This document shows positions 59,887 to 64,000 of a DNA stretch of 64,000 nucleotides, piece after piece. A model generated the notes under the pieces. It was given only the letters and a program-made list of their open reading frames with translations. It searched no databases and was not told the DNA's origin. This DNA comes from Gloeomargarita sp. SKYB120. GTDB taxonomy: Bacteria > Cyanobacteriota > Cyanobacteriia > Gloeomargaritales > Gloeomargaritaceae. Numbering within the stretch: position 1 is the stretch's first letter; every line of letters begins with the position of its first letter. The position numbers were made by a program, and so were the translations under genes. The stretch is from the NCBI GenBank assembly GCA_025062155.1, contig JANXAM010000008.1:11786-75785 (forward strand), written 5' to 3'.

Positions 59887-60297
59887 TTATCGCCACAACC
59901 CTACCCCTACACCCAGGCTCAACACGCCCACCAACAAAAAGGCTAGCGTGACCCCCCACAAATCCCGAAAATAGGCCAGCCGGGCTACCTGTGGTCGCTG
60001 GGGATGATAGAGCACTGGTACCGTATCACCGACTCTGCACCCCAAATTCCCCACTTGGGACGTAAAACGCACAAGCTGGCGGTTAGGTAACACAAATTCC
60101 ACGACCGGATAACAGGCGTCGTAGGGCACCCTTCCCACTCGCTGGCGACGGTATTCTAAATCAATCACCCGTCCTGACGTTTTCACGGCCACTTGCAGCA
60201 GTTGGTACGTCCGTAATACTTCCCACAGTCCCCAACCTGTGAACCCTGCGCCCATCAGTAAAGCCAAAATGCTGCCAAGCAGGCGCTGACTCGTCAT
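59887..60297 (-). CDS. DUF3592-like two-TM membrane protein
   Basis: TM - G.V - YPVVEF - GDTVPVLYHPQRPQ.AR - TM architecture. Confidence 0.75.
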   Translation of the reverse strand: MTSQRLLGSILALLMGAGFTGWGLWEVLRTYQLLQVAVKTSGRVIDLEYRRQRVGRVPYDACYPVVEFVLPNRQLVRFTSQVGNLGCRVGDTVPVLYHPQRPQVARLAYFRDLWGVTLAFLLVGVLSLGVGVGLWR

Positions 60298-60354
60298 CCC
60301 TTCCCCAAAACTGCCTATAATGCTGGGCAAGTCCTGTTACCTAATTTACTACCG

Positions 60355-60549
60355 ATGGGAGAAGCCAAACGACGCCAAGCCCAGGCGCAACCATCCCCCA
60401 AGGCGAACCAGGTGGCGCTTTGGTGGCAACAATTTCTCAAATGGACAACGCGGGGGACCTGGGTCGGGATTGGGTTGCTGGTGATCATCTGGGTCACGGT
60501 ACGGTTTATTGGGCCAGGTTTTGGGTGGTGGCAACTAGCGGGTGAATAG
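60355..60549 (+). CDS. DUF2839 family protein
   Basis: MGEAKRR...WTTRGTWVGIG..W..VRFIGP.FGWW. Confidence 0.85.
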   Translation: MGEAKRRQAQAQPSPKANQVALWWQQFLKWTTRGTWVGIGLLVIIWVTVRFIGPGFGWWQLAGE

Positions 60550-60789
60550 ATTGACAAAGACGTTGGTGGGCAGCGTTGCGCTCCTGGTGGCCCAACCAGT
60601 CTATGGCGGCCCCAACCCCACCGTACGTTTAGCTGACACACCGACGCCTGGCCCCTGGTTTGCTGCGCAACTCATTGCCCAGGAAATGAATACGACGCCG
60701 GGACGACCGTTGCGTATCTACGACCGACACATCGCCCATATGTTTGCCGTCACGGAAGCGTTGTGTCGCCGGTTTCCCCAGGTGCAGGG

Positions 60790-62567
60790 TTGATAACTGT
60801 TTAATGTTTTATGTACGCTTATATGGGCATCTAGCCATGAAATTGAGTGAGTGGTGCCAGCGGTTGTGCGTCTGACATTGAGCTACCAAGCGCGGATTGC
60901 CACCAGCTCAGAACAGCATCAGGTGCTGTCTGCCTACGCGGAATTATTTGGCCGGGTGGAGCGGTCTCTCTTTGCCGCGGTGGTTGCTGGGCGGGACAAA
61001 AACCAGATAAAACGGGAATTTCTGCAACGGTTTGGTATCACTGCTAGACAATTCAACAGTGCGCGTGTGGAGCTAGAAGGACGCCTACGGGCTGTCAAGG
61101 AACGTCAAGCAACACAAGTTGAACAGTTGCCGCAGAAGATACGTCAAGCACAACAGATTATTAAGAAGGAAAAACGTCGGTTTGTCTTGCACCAGAAGCA
61201 ACGCCGCTTGGCTAGGTTGCAAAGTCAACTGGCGCGTCTGGAAGCCGACAGGCGCAGTGGCAAGATACGACTGTGTTTCGGTTCTAATTCCTTATTTCGC
61301 CAGCAGTTTGCTCTGGCGGCCAACGGTTATCGCTCCCATGCAGAATGGTTAGCCGACTGGCGGTTGAGCCGCTCTCGACAGTTTTTCGTACTTGGTAGTC
61401 AGGATGAGACAGCCGGTAATGTGTCATGCCAAGCCGTACCGGAAGCTGACGGGATGTTCACGCTTTATCTGCGCGTGCCCGATGCACTCGTGCAGCGGTT
61501 TGCTAACTGTTTGTCTCCCGGGCTGCAACAAAGGGGGAAGAAAGTCTACCTGAAGCTAACGGGTATTCGGTTTGCGTATGGCCAGGACCAAATTGTACAA
61601 GCGTTGCAGGGAGTGAAGGTACGCACCACGACCTGTCGTAGCAAAGCCACGACCAAGCGTATTGGCACACCCGTCAACTATCGTTTCATACGGGATGAGC
61701 GTGGTTGGCGTGTGATGGTCAGTGTTGAACCGATGCCACCAGAGCCGGTGACCAACCGAGCGGCTGGTGCTATTGGTGTGGACATCAATGCTGACCACTT
61801 AGCCGTAACCGAAATGGACCGGTACGGGAATTGGGTGAGCTCCTGGCGGTTGGACCTAGACCTGGATGGGAAAACCGCTGGTCAGAAGCAGGCGGTGATT
61901 TTGGAAGCCTGCGCCCAGGTTGCGCGGTTAGCAGCAGAGAAGGGGAAGCCTTTGGTTGTAGAAGAGCTCGACTTTCAACGGAAGCGAGCACAACTAGAGA
62001 GTGAATCGCCCCGCCGTTGCCGCCAGTTGTCGAGTTTTGCTTACCGTAAGATTCTCACGGGTCTCAAGTCCGCTGCGTTGAGAGCGGGGGTGGAAGTGTG
62101 TGAAGTCAACCCAGCCTACAGCACTGTCATTGGTGCGGTTAATTACGCCAGGAAACTTGGCATTTCACCCCATCTTGCCGCGGCGTTGGTGTTGGCTAGA
62201 AGAGTTTTGCGCCTGAGTGAACGACCCGTTGGTCAGGGGACAGTCATTGTTCCTTGGCGTGGCGGTCATGTCACCTTCTCTCTACCTGCAAGGAATCGAG
62301 AGAAGCATGTATGGTCGTTTTGGCGGGAAGTTGCTCGGGCGCAAGCGGCGGTCGTACCGCAGTCACTGGGTCGTGCGAGTCTCCGGCTACCACCGGTTGG
62401 AGATGACCGACCACCTGGTCATCTGTTAGCCGACACATGGCCTGAGTGCAGCAGTGACTTGCCGGTGGGAGTCCGGCACGCTCCGCTCCTGCAGGTGGCG
62501 GGAGAAGTTGTTGGGAGTGCCGTTTGCCCAGCAGCCTGTGGATAATTGTCCATAGTTTTAGGAACGG
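60790..62567 (+). mobile_element. non-autonomous IS607-like element with tnpA stub and tnpB
   Basis: Follows host GG (60788-60789) and ends ...TTTTAGGAACGG; GGTTG is present at both junctions; MKLSEW stub at 60837. Confidence 0.8.
60851..62545 (+). CDS. tnpB: TnpB-related protein (long IS200/IS605/IS607 accessory type, no Zn finger)
   Basis: YQARI...YAELFGRVERSLF, LCFGS, RuvC-I GVDINAD, RuvC-II VVEELDF, VNPAYS, PHLAAALVLARR; true start uncertain. Confidence 0.85.
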   Translation: MVPAVVRLTLSYQARIATSSEQHQVLSAYAELFGRVERSLFAAVVAGRDKNQIKREFLQRFGITARQFNSARVELEGRLRAVKERQATQVEQLPQKIRQAQQIIKKEKRRFVLHQKQRRLARLQSQLARLEADRRSGKIRLCFGSNSLFRQQFALAANGYRSHAEWLADWRLSRSRQFFVLGSQDETAGNVSCQAVPEADGMFTLYLRVPDALVQRFANCLSPGLQQRGKKVYLKLTGIRFAYGQDQIVQALQGVKVRTTTCRSKATTKRIGTPVNYRFIRDERGWRVMVSVEPMPPEPVTNRAAGAIGVDINADHLAVTEMDRYGNWVSSWRLDLDLDGKTAGQKQAVILEACAQVARLAAEKGKPLVVEELDFQRKRAQLESESPRRCRQLSSFAYRKILTGLKSAALRAGVEVCEVNPAYSTVIGAVNYARKLGISPHLAAALVLARRVLRLSERPVGQGTVIVPWRGGHVTFSLPARNREKHVWSFWREVARAQAAVVPQSLGRASLRLPPVGDDRPPGHLLADTWPECSSDLPVGVRHAPLLQVAGEVVGSAVCPAACG

Positions 62568-62587
62568 TTGGCGGTGGGACTACCGAG
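62330..62587 (+). ncRNA. predicted omegaRNA of the second TnpB (scaffold plus flank-derived guide)
   Basis: The low-complexity TnpB tail reads through GCCGGTGGGAGTCCGGCACG...; guide inferred as the host sequence 3' of 62567. Confidence 0.4.
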
Positions 62588-63230
62588 CAGGTAGCGGCGC
62601 AATTCCGATGGGTGAATTTCGCATCCCCTGCGAAATGGCCGCTGCCATGAAACGTCAATTCGAGCCGAGTTCAACCCAAACGATTGTCATCCAAGTCGGT
62701 CGTCAATCCCAGAATTTGTCGATTCAGCCCTTAAACATCACAGGTGAGCGAGTCTTGGCCTGGTTGGATGTCGCAGAAACATTTCGCCCGTGGGTTCATG
62801 GCCGGGGCCAAATCCAGCAAATCATGGGTACCCTGCGACGGGTGAAAATTCCTGTTCTTTTGCCGGATGAACCCTTGCGTCGGCATGGTGTGCAGTTGTT
62901 TTTCGTAAGTACCGTGCCCAGCCCCAATGAGTACCTTATTGAGCTGTTCACATTCCCAGGTTGCCGAGTGGGAGCTTGTACCGTTGGTTCCTTCAGTGGT
63001 CGGTGGGGCGGCAAGTTGGCTATCCCTAAAAAGGAATGGCCCCGCGATACCCATCAAATGGTTCGTTTAGCCAAGGGTATCCAGGGACAATTTATTAAGA
63101 CGTGCGGAGCCTACTGCACTAGTTTTGTACAGTGGGTCAGCAATGGCGTGTTGTACGAAATCAGCGCCCGAGATGCCGACCGAGATAGCCTTGTGCAACT
63201 TGCCAATCAGGCCATCCAGGCCGGTCCGCG

Positions 63231-63464
63231 TTAACCTAACGCCTTTAACAGGCCAATTAATCCCTTGCCAGTGAGCAGCTCCAGAATAATCAGCGATACA
63301 AACCCAATCATGGCAAGCCGCCCGTTCAATCGTTCGGCGTATTCCGTAAACCCCACCCGCGACACGTCATCCACATACATTCGCGGTTCAATCGCAAAAT
63401 TGTTCAACCGCCCGCCACTTTCTACCGTGTAGCCCCGAGGCCGTGTCATTTCTTGCTGCGTCAT
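63231..63464 (-). CDS. high-light inducible protein (Hli/SCP)
   Basis: AERLNGRLAMIGF chlorophyll-binding helix; N-terminal RLNNFAIEP. Confidence 0.93.
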   Translation of the reverse strand: MTQQEMTRPRGYTVESGGRLNNFAIEPRMYVDDVSRVGFTEYAERLNGRLAMIGFVSLIILELLTGKGLIGLLKALG

Positions 63465-63508
63465 GCTGACTCTCCTAAAACTTTACGTTATTGTACTATT
63501 CTAATCCG

Positions 63509-63526
63509 AATGTTAACTTTTGTAAA
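63509..63526 (-). promoter_or_regulatory. HLR1 (RpaB-binding) element in the hli promoter
   Basis: Minus strand TTTACAAA-AG-TTAACATT, one mismatch to (G/T)TTACA(T/A)(T/A)-N2-repeat; upstream of TAGAAT/TACAAT -10-like hexamers. Confidence 0.7.
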
Positions 63527-63749
63527 GGGTTGGGTTGCAACCGGCGCTGTAGAGTCAGAAAAACTGAGGACGCGGTGAAGATAATAGGCCTATAGCTATG
63601 ACACAGGCAGCAACCAGAGCCCTGGATGTTTCCACGTTACTTGCTTCCCAAGGGCGATAACCTAAATGTTTTCTGCTATAGATAACAGGGCTTAGAACCA
63701 GCAACGGAGCCGCTCCCTGTGACCCGAGGGATGACAATGATATACGACG

Positions 63750-63783
63750 AAAAAAAAAGCCAGTGGGTTGTTCACCCACTAGC
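63750..63783 (-). terminator. rho-independent terminator of dnaK
   Basis: Minus strand GCTAGTGGGT-GAACA-ACCCACTGGC followed by nine T. Confidence 0.85.
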
Positions 63784-63814
63784 TGTTGGATTCATGGCCT
63801 ACGGGACTGGGGGG

Positions 63815-64000
63815 TTATTTCCCCTCGGAAAAGTCGGCGTCAATCACGTCCCCTTCGCTCGAACTGCGGGTTGAGCCGCTGCTAGCGCCGCTGTTGCCGC
63901 TCGTACTGGCGGCCTGTTGATAGAGGTTGGTGCTGACCGAGTAGAGGGTTTGCTCCAGGTCGTTTTTCAGGGTCCTGATGCGGTCGTAGTTTTCCTGGTT
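63815..64000 (-). CDS. dnaK: chaperone DnaK, C-terminal end (5' part outside the window)
   Basis: ENYDRIRTLKNDLEQTLYSVSTNLYQQA + Ser/Gly linker + GDVIDADFSEGK*. Confidence 0.8.
   Translation of the reverse strand, partial: NQENYDRIRTLKNDLEQTLYSVSTNLYQQAASTSGNSGASSGSTRSSSEGDVIDADFSEGK

Larger units (their letters stand above)
60542..63234 (+). pseudogene. secreted protein gene (304 aa when rejoined) interrupted by an IS607-like element
   Basis: Joining 60542-60789 to 62568-63234 gives 915 nt in one frame (...RRFPQVQG|WRWDY...); N-terminal signal-peptide-like sequence. Confidence 0.8.

Noticed and set aside
60790-60850. IStron (group I intron plus IS607)
   Set aside because: Only about 47 bp separate the left end from the tnpA stub, too short for a group I ribozyme core
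62546-62700. CRISPR array beside the long TnpB (Cas12-like locus)
   Set aside because: No repeat-spacer units on either side; both flanks are halves of a host gene
63555-63779. 74-aa ORF between dnaK and hli
   Set aside because: Starts inside the dnaK terminator, has no RBS and no recognisable motif

Overview
Gene-dense, GC-rich cyanobacterial chromosome segment, identified by prk, ndhC-K-J, ndhP, an hli gene and a PucC-type MFS. It carries mostly housekeeping genes: rnc, lysS, pcrA, thiC with its TPP riboswitch, ppa, panD, miaB, ftsL-like/ftsI, ppx, nth, glk, pot ABC genes, ribE, ppk1 and the 3' end of dnaK. Signalling genes include a PAS-GAF-GAF kinase, an FHA protein, a PP2C phosphatase and a Ser/Thr kinase-WD40 protein. 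Main highlights: (1) a contiguous bchI-bchD-bchH Mg-chelatase operon (50.7-57.4 kb) whose motifs resemble green-bacterial (Chlorobi/Chloroflexi-like) rather than cyanobacterial Chl subunits, a candidate horizontally acquired second chelatase; (2) two non-autonomous IS607-like TnpB elements, one of which splits a secreted-protein gene so that precise removal restores a 304-aa ORF, and whose TnpB has a non-canonical RuvC-III; (3) four TATGA repeats at exact 11-bp spacing (ManR-like boxes) upstream of a half-size GDT1/TMEM165 Mn-transporter gene; (4) a beta-CASP protein with a HiPIP-like Cys tail behind ndhP, a coiled-coil protein with a degenerate PLD motif, and an orphan type III-like methyltransferase. 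Decayed IS630, IS1 and DUF29 remnants are also present. Family assignments come from remembered motifs; no database searches were run.
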